Program-made: the position numbers and the translations under genes
In this document: positions 44,883 through 54,697 of the stretch, piece by piece
Layout of the letters: every line of letters begins with the position of its first letter
How positions within the stretch are numbered: position 1 is the first letter of the stretch
DNA from: Candidatus Omnitrophota bacterium
Lineage (GTDB): Bacteria > Omnitrophota > Gorgyraeia > DTHP01
DNA: 64,000 nucleotides
Assembly (NCBI GenBank): GCA_023819145.1
Contig: JAMWCW010000001.1
Span: 66,400-130,399, forward strand
Reading direction: 5' to 3'
Notes under the pieces: model-generated
Database searches by the model: none
Seen by the model: the letters and a program-made list of their open reading frames with translations, nothing else
What the model was told of the DNA's origin: nothing

Positions 44883-46358
44883 ATGTGGACAAAAGAGAGT
44901 TTAGAAGAGTTGATTAAGACGCGACTGGAAGATTATCTTTTGATTGTAGTTTCTAATCGTGAACCCTATGTGCATACTCTGAAAAAAGGAAAAGTTGTTT
45001 GTCAGAAAGGTGCCGGAGGAGTGATCACTGCTTTAGACCCCGTCATGCGGACATGTAAAGGAATCTGGATTGCCCAAGCCTCTGGTGAAGCCGATAGGAA
45101 AGTAGCCGATAGAGAAGGGAAAGTTAAAGTTCCTCCCGAAGAACCTTTGTATGAATTAAAAAGAGTCTGGTTAAGCAAGGAAGAAGATGAGGGATATTAT
45201 TATGGTTTTTCTAATGAAGCCCTCTGGCCCCTTTGCCATATGGCTTTTATCCGACCTATCTTTAGAGAATCAGATTGGGAGTATTACAAGAAAGTTAATG
45301 AGAAATTTGCCAAAGCAGTACTTGAAGAGACAAAGGGTAAAAAAGCATTTGTTTGGATTCAGGATTATCATCTGGCACTTTTACCTAAATATCTTAAAGA
45401 GGCGCAGTCTAACATTATTACAGCACACTTCTGGCATATCCCTTGGCCCGGTCCTGATGTTTTTAGAATTGCTCCTCACCGTCAGGAGATATTAGAGGGA
45501 CTGCTTGCCAATGACCTCCTCGGTTTCCATATTCGTTATAATTGCGATAATTTCTTGGGTTGTGTAGATAGAGAGCTGGAAGCAAAGATTGACCGTGAAA
45601 GATATTCGGTAATTAAAGGTGGACACGAAACCCTTATAAGACCTTATCCCATAAGCGTAGATTTTCTTGATATTGCCCGAAAAGCTGATTTCCAAGAAGT
45701 GCAGGAACTAATAGGACAACTGCGGGAAGAATTTTCACTTAATTATGAGTTTGTCTGTTTGGGACTTGATCGGATAGATTATACAAAAGGGATTCCTGAA
45801 AGATTACAAGCGGTGGGAAGATTTCTGGATAAATATCCCCAGTATCGGGAAAGGTTTGTCTTTATACAAATGGGAGAAATTTCCCGTTTGCATATTCCCC
45901 AATATAAGCTCCTGAATGATGAACTTAATGCTTTGGTAGAGAAGATAAACTGGAAATATGCTACTGAATATTGGTCACCTATCGTTTTAGTAAGAAGACA
46001 TTTAAGCTATCCGGAACTGCTCGCTTTTTATCGTTTAGGTAACCTCTGTATTGTTTCCTCCTTGCATGATGGGATGAATTTAGTTTCTAAGGAATTTGTA
46101 TCCGCAAGAGTTGATTTGGATGGGGTTTTACTCTTAAGTCAATTTACGGGAGCAGCCAGAGAACTTACAGATAGTATTTTAATCAATCCCTACGATACCG
46201 AAGAATTTGCCGATAAAATCTATCAAGCAGTTAATTTATCTCGGGAGGAGAGAGAAAAAAGAATGTTAAAGATGCGTAAAATTGTAGAGTTTAATAATAT
46301 CTATCGCTGGGCAGGGAAAGTGATTTCTGAACTTTTAAAATTTGAGTTTAAGGAATGA
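44883..46358 (+). CDS. otsA: Alpha,alpha-trehalose-phosphate synthase (GT20)
   Basis: FWHIPWPGPDVFRIAPHRQEILEGLLANDLLGFHIRYNCDNFL matches the OtsA FLHIPFP...GFHTYDY region. The C-terminal GT-B half is present. Confidence 0.7.
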   Translation: MWTKESLEELIKTRLEDYLLIVVSNREPYVHTLKKGKVVCQKGAGGVITALDPVMRTCKGIWIAQASGEADRKVADREGKVKVPPEEPLYELKRVWLSKEEDEGYYYGFSNEALWPLCHMAFIRPIFRESDWEYYKKVNEKFAKAVLEETKGKKAFVWIQDYHLALLPKYLKEAQSNIITAHFWHIPWPGPDVFRIAPHRQEILEGLLANDLLGFHIRYNCDNFLGCVDRELEAKIDRERYSVIKGGHETLIRPYPISVDFLDIARKADFQEVQELIGQLREEFSLNYEFVCLGLDRIDYTKGIPERLQAVGRFLDKYPQYRERFVFIQMGEISRLHIPQYKLLNDELNALVEKINWKYATEYWSPIVLVRRHLSYPELLAFYRLGNLCIVSSLHDGMNLVSKEFVSARVDLDGVLLLSQFTGAARELTDSILINPYDTEEFADKIYQAVNLSREEREKRMLKMRKIVEFNNIYRWAGKVISELLKFEFKE

Positions 46359-47131
46359 AACATTTGGTTAGACACTGGGAAGAGATAAGAGGGATAATAA
46401 AGGACAAAAAGGTTTTTATTTTTCTTGACTACGACGGCACGCTTGCTCCTATTGTAAATACTCCTCAAGAAGCAAAATTGTCTTTGGAAATCAGGGCATC
46501 GCTCCTTAAATTAGTTAAAAAATCCAATTTTAGTCTGGCGGTTATTAGCGGAAGAGAATTGAGGGAAATAAAACAGAGAGTGAATATAAAAGGAATAGTT
46601 TATGCCGGGAATCACGGATTAGAGATAGAAGGGAAGGGAGTAAATTTTAAAGGTTTGGTTTCAGATGATTACCGAAAACTCTTGAAAGAGATTAAGCGGC
46701 GTTTATTAAAAATATTTGCCTCTTTTAAAGGGGTAATAGTTGAAGATAAAGGATTGAGTATAAGTATCCATTATCGCCTTGCAGAGAAGAGTAGAATACC
46801 TTTAATAAAGAAAGAAATTGAGCGGGTTGTAAAGCGATTAAAGGCAAGAAGGAATGTAGAGTTAAAAGAAGGGAAGATGGTTAAAGAGATAATGCCAAAG
46901 GTTAAATGGGATAAAGGCAAGGCAGTTAAGTGGATTCTTGCTAATAAAAAGGGTAATTACTTTCCGATTTATATTGGCGATGATAAAACCGACGAAGATG
47001 CTTTTCGGGTAGTTAGAAAAAAGGGAATTTCTATTTATGTAGGAAAGCCCAAAAGGAGTTTTGCGGAGTATTTTCTATACGATACCCAAGAAGTAAATAA
47101 ATTTTTGAATAAACTTTTATGGTTGAACTAA
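46355..47131 (+). CDS. otsB: Trehalose-6-phosphate phosphatase (HAD family)
   Basis: FLDYDGTLAPIV (HAD motif I, typical of T6PP) and GDDKTDEDAF (motif IV). 4-nt overlap with otsA. Confidence 0.65.
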   Translation: MKHLVRHWEEIRGIIKDKKVFIFLDYDGTLAPIVNTPQEAKLSLEIRASLLKLVKKSNFSLAVISGRELREIKQRVNIKGIVYAGNHGLEIEGKGVNFKGLVSDDYRKLLKEIKRRLLKIFASFKGVIVEDKGLSISIHYRLAEKSRIPLIKKEIERVVKRLKARRNVELKEGKMVKEIMPKVKWDKGKAVKWILANKKGNYFPIYIGDDKTDEDAFRVVRKKGISIYVGKPKRSFAEYFLYDTQEVNKFLNKLLWLN

Positions 47132-47790
47132 CGAGAGCAAAAGAACCATTTAGATTCTATACACGTTTGCATCTGACGGAACTTACTGGTTTTAGGGCGG
47201 TGAACCTTTCACAATTATTAGAGTTGATTAAAGAAATCCCAGGTTCTGCTATCTATCATCATACCCATAGATTCCTGCAACAACATCTTTATCTCTCTCC
47301 CGAACCACCTAATGATTTTGCATACTGGGTGAGAGAATTTCTGGGAGAGGATGAATTAGGAGAAAAACTTGCGAGCATCGATACCTTAGAATTTTCTACC
47401 ATCCGTGCTTTAAGAGAGAAGATAATAGAAATGGTTGAAGTTTATCTTAAGGAGAAACCACGTGCAAGATTGAAGTTTGCTAATGAGGGAGAAGAATTTC
47501 ATTTTGTTAAATCCGTAAGTTTCATCCTCCCTACTCCTTACATTGCCTATGACCTTAAAGAATTTGTAGAAATTATAAAGAAAATTACTATAGATTCCAT
47601 ATACTTTCATATTTTTGAAGCACGTTTACGTCTGGAGAAGGGCAGAAACGATTTTTCTTACTGGATAGAGACCTCGTTGGGAGATAGAGAATTAGCTGAA
47701 GAGATTTCTCAATTTGATCCTTATACAAGGACTCTTGAAGAATTAAGAAAAACTCTCATAAGGATAATTGAAAAGAGAATTAAAATTTAG
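47119..47790 (+). CDS. Hypothetical protein
   Basis: ORF overlapping otsB by 13 nt; no motif recognised. Confidence 0.35.
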   Translation: MVELTRAKEPFRFYTRLHLTELTGFRAVNLSQLLELIKEIPGSAIYHHTHRFLQQHLYLSPEPPNDFAYWVREFLGEDELGEKLASIDTLEFSTIRALREKIIEMVEVYLKEKPRARLKFANEGEEFHFVKSVSFILPTPYIAYDLKEFVEIIKKITIDSIYFHIFEARLRLEKGRNDFSYWIETSLGDRELAEEISQFDPYTRTLEELRKTLIRIIEKRIKI

Positions 47791-47807
47791 AGTTTAGTAT
47801 TTTATAA

Positions 47808-49025
47808 ATGGCAATGGAAAAATTAGAAGCATATATTCCTATTGTGGGAGAATCGGTAATCAATGACCTGCGTCTTCTTGCCAAAAGTCTTAAAGGGAGA
47901 GTTATCCAGAACATAAATTCTACTGCTGTTGGAGGAGGAGTAGCAGAAATTTTAACGCGGATGGTACCTCTTTTGAAGGAGCTCGGCATAGATGCACGAT
48001 GGGATTTAATAAAAGGAGGAGAAGATTTTTTTACCGTAACCAAGAAATTTCACAATGTCTTGCATGGAAGAAAAGAAGAGGTTACCGACAGAGATTTTGA
48101 GATTTTCCTTAAGACAAGTGAAGAAAACATTAAAGAGGTTAATATTGATGGAGACATTATCTTTATTCACGACCCTCAGCCAATTGCCTTGGTAGAGAAG
48201 AAAGGAAATAATAAGTGGCTTTGGCGTTGTCATATTGATGTCTCGCGCCCTGACCTTAAAGTCTGGGATTTTTTAAAAAGATATATTGTAAATTATGACG
48301 CCTGTATTTTTTCTGCTCCTGCTTTTTCCCAGCCTTTGCCTATACGACAATTTCTCATTGCACCCTCTATTGATCCTTTAAGCGATAAAAATAAGGATTT
48401 GCCTCAAGAAATAATTGATTCGGTTCTGAGAAAATATAACATTCCTCAGGATAAGCCGATAATTACCCAGATTTCTCGTTTCGACCGTTTAAAAGACCCT
48501 TTGGGAGTTATTGAGGCATATAGACTGGTTAAAAAATATAATGAGTGTAGACTTATTTTAGCCGGAGGTTTGGCTACCGATGATCCGGAAGGATTGAAAG
48601 TTTATGATGAGCTAAAAGAAAAAGCAGGCAAAGACCCATGTATCCATATTTTGCTTTTGCCTCATTCGGATATCACGGTGAACGCTCTACAAAGGGCTTC
48701 TGACATAATTATTCAAAAATCTCTCCGGGAAGGATTTGGTTTAACAGTAGCCGAGGCGCTTTGGAAAGCAAAGCCAACAGTTGCTTCAGCGGTAGGAGGT
48801 ATTCCTTTACAGATTAAACATAAATATTCTGGTCTTTTGTGCCATTCTGTAGAAGGTGCAGCTTTTGCTCTGAAACAACTATTGAATAGTCCTGATTATG
48901 CAAAGAAACTGGGAGAAAATGGGAAGGAGCATATAAGACAGAATTTTCTTTTGACTCGTCATCTACGCGACTATATGTTGCTTTTTCTTTCGCTTTATCA
49001 TCAGGAAGACATCGTTTATCTTTAA
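47808..49025 (+). CDS. GT4-family glycosyltransferase (possibly a trehalose or other compatible-solute synthase)
   Basis: C-terminal EGFGLTVAEALWKAKPTVASAVGGIP is the GT4/GT-B E-x7-E region. Confidence 0.55.
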   Translation: MAMEKLEAYIPIVGESVINDLRLLAKSLKGRVIQNINSTAVGGGVAEILTRMVPLLKELGIDARWDLIKGGEDFFTVTKKFHNVLHGRKEEVTDRDFEIFLKTSEENIKEVNIDGDIIFIHDPQPIALVEKKGNNKWLWRCHIDVSRPDLKVWDFLKRYIVNYDACIFSAPAFSQPLPIRQFLIAPSIDPLSDKNKDLPQEIIDSVLRKYNIPQDKPIITQISRFDRLKDPLGVIEAYRLVKKYNECRLILAGGLATDDPEGLKVYDELKEKAGKDPCIHILLLPHSDITVNALQRASDIIIQKSLREGFGLTVAEALWKAKPTVASAVGGIPLQIKHKYSGLLCHSVEGAAFALKQLLNSPDYAKKLGENGKEHIRQNFLLTRHLRDYMLLFLSLYHQEDIVYL

Positions 49026-49206
49026 AAATTACACTCATCGGTAAAAAATCGGTTTTTTCGTAATTGTTTAGCAAAGTTTATTAGGCAATAACCAATAGGA
49101 CTAAGCTAACATGCTAAACAAACGAACGTACTTATAAAATTTATAATTTTTCTTGACATATACATAAAATTATTGATAATTAATACTGCCCAAGAAAGGA
49201 GGAGAG

Positions 49207-49659
49207 ATGAAGAATTGTATAATGCTGATAGTGGTAGCTGGTTTTTTATTCTCAGGTTGTGCCACCTCTTCTAAACAAATGGATTTAGAAACGCAGAGAT
49301 TACGGACCCAGATTGGAACACTTGAACAACAGCTTAAAGATAGTGAGAAAGAAATCGAAATTTTGGAGATCCAGTTAGAAAGAGAGAGACAGACGCGAAG
49401 AAATTTAGAAAGGCAGATATTAGCGGAGAAGTCAAAGTTAGCGGATTTTCAGACTTTACCCCGACCTTCGGTGAGAAATATTCAAGAGGCATTACGCAAA
49501 GCAGGTTTTTATGATGGGGCGGTGGATGGGAAATTGGGCCCTAAGACCAAAGAGGCGATTAAGAATTTTCAGAGAAGTAGAGGATTGCAAGTAGATGGCA
49601 TCGTAGGGAAAGCAACTTGGAGAGAATTAGCAAAATATTTAACTGATAAACAGAAATAA
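49207..49659 (+). CDS. Lipoprotein with coiled-coil segment and C-terminal peptidoglycan-binding (PG_binding_1-like) domain
   Basis: Lipobox-like FLFSGC. LRKAGFYDGAVDGKLGPKTKEAIKNFQRSRGLQVDGIVGKATWREL matches the PGRP-type PG-binding repeat. Confidence 0.5.
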   Translation: MKNCIMLIVVAGFLFSGCATSSKQMDLETQRLRTQIGTLEQQLKDSEKEIEILEIQLERERQTRRNLERQILAEKSKLADFQTLPRPSVRNIQEALRKAGFYDGAVDGKLGPKTKEAIKNFQRSRGLQVDGIVGKATWRELAKYLTDKQK

Positions 49660-49744
49660 CCCCCTGTTATTCCTTTCTATCATCCTTCCATTTTAATTGC
49701 TAAGAGCACTCTCTTTTGTTATATTATTTTTCGCAAAAAGGCAA

Positions 49745-50758
49745 ATGAAAACTAAGCTCTTCAAGATAAACCCTCGTAAGATAGAAATTGATAAAATTAG
49801 AAAAGCAGCCCAGATAATAAAAAAAGGAGGTCTGGTTGCTTTTCCTACAGAGACTGTTTATGGTTTGGGTGCGGATGCTTTTAATAAGCAAGCGATAACC
49901 AAAATTTTTAGAGTAAAGAAACGTCCTTTTAATGACCCGCTGATCGTGCATATTGCAGATAAAAAAGATGTTTTTAAAGTTGCTGATAAAATAGATAAAA
50001 CAGTCTGTAAGATTATAGAGCAATTCTGGCCGGGGCCATTAACGGTAATTTTAAAGAAAGCCAAAGATATTCCCAAAATAGCCACTGCAAACTTAGAGAC
50101 AATAGCTATAAGAATGCCTGCTCATTCAGTTGCTTTGAGTTTGATAAAAGAAGCAAAGACTCCTCTAGTTGCTCCCAGCGCTAATCTCTTTGGAAAGCTT
50201 TCACCTACAACAGCAGAAGATGTTTTGGAAGATTTGAGAGGGAAAATAGACTTAGTCCTTGATGCGGGAAAAACGGTTGTGGGGATAGAGTCCACTATTT
50301 TAGACCTCACGCGGCGACCTTTTTCCGTATTACGTTTCGGAGGAGTTTCTTTAGAAGAACTTAAAAGAGTAATTCCTGAATTTAGGTTGTATAAAGAAAA
50401 AGAGATTCTTGCTCCGGGGATGTTTATACGCCATTATTCCCCTCGGGCAAAGTTGATTGTGGTAGAGGAAGGCAAAGGACAAATAGGGAAGGTTAAGAAA
50501 ATGGTTTATAAATTTTTGCGGGAAAGGAAGAAAGTAGGGATAATGGCGAAGGCAGAACACCGGTCTCAATATCGCAACTTTAAAGTAAAATTTCTGGGAA
50601 GAGGCAATGATTTTTCTTCCTGCGCAAGCAATCTTTTTGCTCTATTGCGTGAGTTTGATAGAGAGAAATTTGAGATAATTATTGCCGAAGGCGTTAAAGA
50701 AAAGGGTTTGGGCAGGGCAATTATGGAGAGATTAAGAAAGGCTCAAGGAGATGGTTAA
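49745..50758 (+). CDS. tsaC: L-threonylcarbamoyladenylate synthase (Sua5/TsaC; YrdC plus Sua5 domains)
   Basis: GGLVAFPTETVYGLGADAFN is the YrdC signature. ~335-aa length with a C-terminal Sua5 domain. Confidence 0.7.
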   Translation: MKTKLFKINPRKIEIDKIRKAAQIIKKGGLVAFPTETVYGLGADAFNKQAITKIFRVKKRPFNDPLIVHIADKKDVFKVADKIDKTVCKIIEQFWPGPLTVILKKAKDIPKIATANLETIAIRMPAHSVALSLIKEAKTPLVAPSANLFGKLSPTTAEDVLEDLRGKIDLVLDAGKTVVGIESTILDLTRRPFSVLRFGGVSLEELKRVIPEFRLYKEKEILAPGMFIRHYSPRAKLIVVEEGKGQIGKVKKMVYKFLRERKKVGIMAKAEHRSQYRNFKVKFLGRGNDFSSCASNLFALLREFDREKFEIIIAEGVKEKGLGRAIMERLRKAQGDG

Positions 50759-51431
50759 TCTTTTTTTATTTTTAACGATTTTTTTCTTTAGTACCGATAT
50801 TAATGCCGAAGATTTTTCCTTAGCAAGAGAAAGAATGGTTAAAGAGCAGATTGAAATAAGAGGAATAAAAAACCCTCGACTTTTGGAGGTAATGCGTAAA
50901 GTAGAAAGACACCTTTTTGTTCCTTCTTCCTATAGAATGTTTGCTTATGAAGATAGCCCCCTTCCCATCGGTTTTGGACAAACTATTTCTCAGCCGTATA
51001 TTGTGGCTTTAATGACAGAATTATTGGATTTAAAGGGTACGGAAAAGGTCTTAGAAATTGGGACTGGATCCGGTTATCAGGCAGCAATTTTAGCAGAGCT
51101 CGCCAAAGAAGTTTACACCATAGAAATCATCAAACCCTTGGCAGAGAAAGCAGAGGAGTTGCTTAAAGATTTGGGTTACGCTAATATCTTTGTAAAATAT
51201 GGAGACGGATTTTTAGGTTGGCCAGATAAAGCCCCTTTTGAGGCAATAATTGTAACCTGTGCACCTCCAGAGATTCCTCCTCCTCTAATTGAGCAGTTAG
51301 TGGAAGGAGGAAGATTGGTTATTCCCGTTGGAGAAGACTGGCAGATTTTAAAGCGCGTAGAAAAGAGAGAAGGGAAGGTTTTTATAAAGGATATTATCCC
51401 GGTGATTTTTGTTCCCATGATGAGAGATTGA
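50751..51431 (+). CDS. pcm: Protein-L-isoaspartate O-methyltransferase
   Basis: RMVKEQIEIRGI...VLEIGTGSGYQAAILAEL...GGRLVIPVG matches the PCMT family. Confidence 0.7.
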   Translation: MVNLFLFLTIFFFSTDINAEDFSLARERMVKEQIEIRGIKNPRLLEVMRKVERHLFVPSSYRMFAYEDSPLPIGFGQTISQPYIVALMTELLDLKGTEKVLEIGTGSGYQAAILAELAKEVYTIEIIKPLAEKAEELLKDLGYANIFVKYGDGFLGWPDKAPFEAIIVTCAPPEIPPPLIEQLVEGGRLVIPVGEDWQILKRVEKREGKVFIKDIIPVIFVPMMRD

Positions 51432-53686
51432 TGAAAAAGAAATTGATTCTTTCTTTAATGGTGTTGGGTTTAAGCGGAATAATAGCCGAAGTTTTACTTT
51501 TGCGGGAACTTTTGATAATTTTTTATGGTAATGAGTTAACCATTGGAATAATTCTAGCTAACTGGTTAATTCTTGAGGCGATAGGAGCATACTTACTGGG
51601 TAAGAACATAGAGCATATTTTGCGAAAATTAGAAGGCTTTGTGGGGTTGGAGGTTATTTTTTCTCTCTCTTTTCCTTGGGCTATTTATCTTACGCGCATT
51701 ATCAGAGATGTTTTTGGAATTGTTCCGGGTGTTGGGCTGGGTTTGGGTCCAGTTTTTTTGTTTTCTTTTTTGGTACTTTTCCCTGTTAGCGTGTCTCACG
51801 GAGCGCTTTTTACCTTCGGGTGTAGAATTTTTTCTCTGCATGTGCAGCCGGAAGCGAAAGGAATCGGGAGAGTTTATGTTTATGAAACGATAGGAACTAT
51901 TCTTGGCGGTTTGATTTTTACCTATTTTTTAATTCCTTATCTACATTCTTTTCAGATTGCGTTCAGTATAACTTTAATAAATTTTTTGCTCTGTGTTTTA
52001 CTATTAGGAAAATTCTGGGATAAAGGTAGGACTTTAACGAGTAAAACTTTAGGGTTAGTTGTTGCCATTTTATGTTTTATCAATATTATCTTATTTACAG
52101 GAGAGGTGGAAAAGATTCATCGTTATTCTATCCGCAGACAATGGAAGGAGTATGAAGTTAAATATTATCAAAATACATTCTTTGGTAATATAGTGGTGGC
52201 AGAAAAGGAAAATGCGCTTACTTTCTTTTTTAACGGTTTACCTCTGGTTGACTTATCATCTCCGGATGTTTATTCGGTGGAGGAGTTTGCACATTTTTCT
52301 CTGCTTTCTCACGAGGCACCAAGGGATGTTCTGGTTATTGGTAAAGGAGCAGGAGGATTAATTAATGAGTTACTTAAACATTCAGTCAAAAGTATTGATT
52401 ACGTAGAGATTGACCCCCTATTTTTAAAGGCTCTTAAGAAATTTTCTAATTCGCTTATTGCAGAAGAACTTAATAATCCTCGAGTAAATATTATCTCTCT
52501 CGATGGCAGATTTTTTATTAAGAGAACAGATAAAAAATATGATTTGATTCTTGTGGGTATTATTAATCCCTGGGACTTACAGAGCAATCGTTATTTTACC
52601 CAAGAATTTTTCTCTTTGGCAAAGCGGAGTTTAAAAGATAAAGGTATTTTAGCCTTTCGTCTTCCCAGCTTGCCCCGGGCGATTTTAAATTTGAAAGAAC
52701 TCAGGGAACTCAATGGTTCAATTCTCTTTGCCTTAGAGAAGGTATATAGATGCACAAGAGTAATTCCCGGTGATGGGAATAATCTTTTTCTTGCTTCGAC
52801 GAGTAAAGAGATTACGTTGATTGATTCTAAATTGTTTATAGAGAGGATGAAGGATAGAAGAATTGCCACTTCGTTGCTTATCCCTCCCTATGTTGAATAT
52901 AGATTAGAGCCATGGTGGTATAATAATTTCTTTAATTCTCTTAAGGATGCTCCTCTTAATCTTAACAAGGACTTTAAACCCATAGCTACATTTTATAGCC
53001 TTGCCTACTGGAATGCGCTTTTTTCACCCTATTTATTAGGAATTTCACGGGGAATAGATAAAACAATTCTTTTTACGGGAATCTTTCTTCTTTGTTCTTT
53101 TGTGGTGGTATTACTATCCAGAAGAATTCGTTTAAGCATTCCCTATTCTGTTTTAACTACTGGTTTTTCGGGAATGCTTTTTAATTTAGTCTTGATTTTC
53201 GTCTTTCAGATAGTCTACGGATATGTCTTTCACTGGATAGGTTTTTTAATCACTTCTTTCATGGGAGGTGTAGCGTTTGGAGGTTTTCTTATGACAGAAA
53301 ATTTAGAAAAGATTAAAAGAGACCGTTTCTGGTTTCTGAATACAGAACTATCTCTTATCTTATTTTCAATAATCCTTCCTTTTATTTTCTTTATTATCCA
53401 CAATTTTTCAAATAATCCATTTGTTTTTCTTCTTACCGCTTTCCTTGCGGGGATATTTATCGGAGTGCAGTTTCCTTTAGCTAATAAGATCTATCTGAAT
53501 AATTGTCCTGATTTGAGTAAGACCGCTGGTTTACTTTATGGTGCGGATTTAGTAGGAGGTTGGTTTGCAGGAATATGTGGGGGGATTTTAATCTTACCTC
53601 TTTTGGGAGTTTATGGGACCTTTATGGTAATTTTTATACTTAAATTAGCTAGCTTCACTATATTCTTCTTTAGCCGGAGGTTTTGA
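51428..53686 (+). CDS. Polytopic membrane protein fused to a spermidine-synthase-like domain
   Basis: Multiple TM helices at both ends. Central DVLVIGKGAGGLINELLKH...VEIDP matches the aminopropyltransferase Rossmann motif. Confidence 0.55.
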   Translation: MMKKKLILSLMVLGLSGIIAEVLLLRELLIIFYGNELTIGIILANWLILEAIGAYLLGKNIEHILRKLEGFVGLEVIFSLSFPWAIYLTRIIRDVFGIVPGVGLGLGPVFLFSFLVLFPVSVSHGALFTFGCRIFSLHVQPEAKGIGRVYVYETIGTILGGLIFTYFLIPYLHSFQIAFSITLINFLLCVLLLGKFWDKGRTLTSKTLGLVVAILCFINIILFTGEVEKIHRYSIRRQWKEYEVKYYQNTFFGNIVVAEKENALTFFFNGLPLVDLSSPDVYSVEEFAHFSLLSHEAPRDVLVIGKGAGGLINELLKHSVKSIDYVEIDPLFLKALKKFSNSLIAEELNNPRVNIISLDGRFFIKRTDKKYDLILVGIINPWDLQSNRYFTQEFFSLAKRSLKDKGILAFRLPSLPRAILNLKELRELNGSILFALEKVYRCTRVIPGDGNNLFLASTSKEITLIDSKLFIERMKDRRIATSLLIPPYVEYRLEPWWYNNFFNSLKDAPLNLNKDFKPIATFYSLAYWNALFSPYLLGISRGIDKTILFTGIFLLCSFVVVLLSRRIRLSIPYSVLTTGFSGMLFNLVLIFVFQIVYGYVFHWIGFLITSFMGGVAFGGFLMTENLEKIKRDRFWFLNTELSLILFSIILPFIFFIIHNFSNNPFVFLLTAFLAGIFIGVQFPLANKIYLNNCPDLSKTAGLLYGADLVGGWFAGICGGILILPLLGVYGTFMVIFILKLASFTIFFFSRRF

Positions 53687-53687
53687 T

Positions 53688-54602
53688 TTGTTTAGAAAAA
53701 AAATAAAACTTTTTTCTTTAATCATCTTCTTTTCAGCGGTTATTTATTTTTCATACCTTACCTATACTAAAATCGAGCGCATAATAAGAGAAAAAGAACT
53801 GTTTAGAAAAAGGGAACTCGCCTGGACAGAACTAAGAAAAGATTTAGGAAATAAATTGAAAGAGTTCAAAGGAAAGGTAGGGATATTGATCAAAGATTTA
53901 GAGACAAACTGGGTAATTTCTTTTAATGAGGAACTTTCTTTTCCTGCAGCAAGTTTGATAAAAGTGCCCATTATGCTTGCCTGTTTTTCTGCGGTTGAAG
54001 AAGGAAGAATGAAATTTGAAGATACTGTAAAATTAAAAAATTCTGATAAAACTTCCGGCTCGGGAATATTAAAAAACTTACCCGCGGGAAAAATCTTTAA
54101 TATTGAACGCCTCGTTGAACTTATGATTACCGTGAGTGATAATACAGCTACTAATATACTGATAGAGAAATTAGGTTTTGAATACTTAAACAATTATTTT
54201 AATAAAATTGGGTTAAGAAACACTACTCTTGTACGGAGGATGATGGATTTTCGCGAGCGTAAAAAAGGAGTAGATAACTTTACTACCGCAAAAGATATGG
54301 CTTGTGTTTTTGAAAAGATTTATCGTAAACAGAAGGTAAAGGCAAATTTTGCCGATAAATCTCTTGGTTTTCTGGAGGCGCAGAAATATCGTGATCGCAT
54401 TCCTTCAAAACTACCTCCCGAAATAAAAGTAGCGCATAAAACAGGGTTAGAACGAGGTGTATGTCATGATACAGGGATAGTTTTTGGACCTAAAGGAGAT
54501 TTTCTTATTGTAGTTTTGACAGAAGGTGCAGAGGCAAAGAATGCTAAGGAATTTATTGCCGATGTCTCTTTTCGTGTCTACAGCTATTACCTTAAATTTT
54601 AG
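53688..54602 (+). CDS. Class A beta-lactamase-family serine hydrolase
   Basis: ASLIKVPI (S-x-x-K), VSDNTATN (SDN loop), AHKTGL (KTG). TTG start after a GGAGG RBS. Confidence 0.6.
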   Translation: MFRKKIKLFSLIIFFSAVIYFSYLTYTKIERIIREKELFRKRELAWTELRKDLGNKLKEFKGKVGILIKDLETNWVISFNEELSFPAASLIKVPIMLACFSAVEEGRMKFEDTVKLKNSDKTSGSGILKNLPAGKIFNIERLVELMITVSDNTATNILIEKLGFEYLNNYFNKIGLRNTTLVRRMMDFRERKKGVDNFTTAKDMACVFEKIYRKQKVKANFADKSLGFLEAQKYRDRIPSKLPPEIKVAHKTGLERGVCHDTGIVFGPKGDFLIVVLTEGAEAKNAKEFIADVSFRVYSYYLKF

Positions 54603-54697
54603 AATTTAAATATGGAAAATAAAACTTGACAAAAACAATTGAATAAAATAAAATAATTTTATAAAATCCTTTAAAATTATAAAAGGAGGGAAGAATA

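Noticed and set aside
45187-45495. 102-aa plus-strand ORF in an alternative frame inside otsA. Similar cases are 16805-17002, 25473-25655 and 51639-51893.
   Set aside because: Out-of-frame overlap with well-supported coding sequence; no independent evidence.
49031-49055. Possible terminator hairpin after the GT4 gene (tcatcggtaaaaaatcggtttttt)
   Set aside because: The two halves are direct, not inverted, repeats. No stable stem can form.
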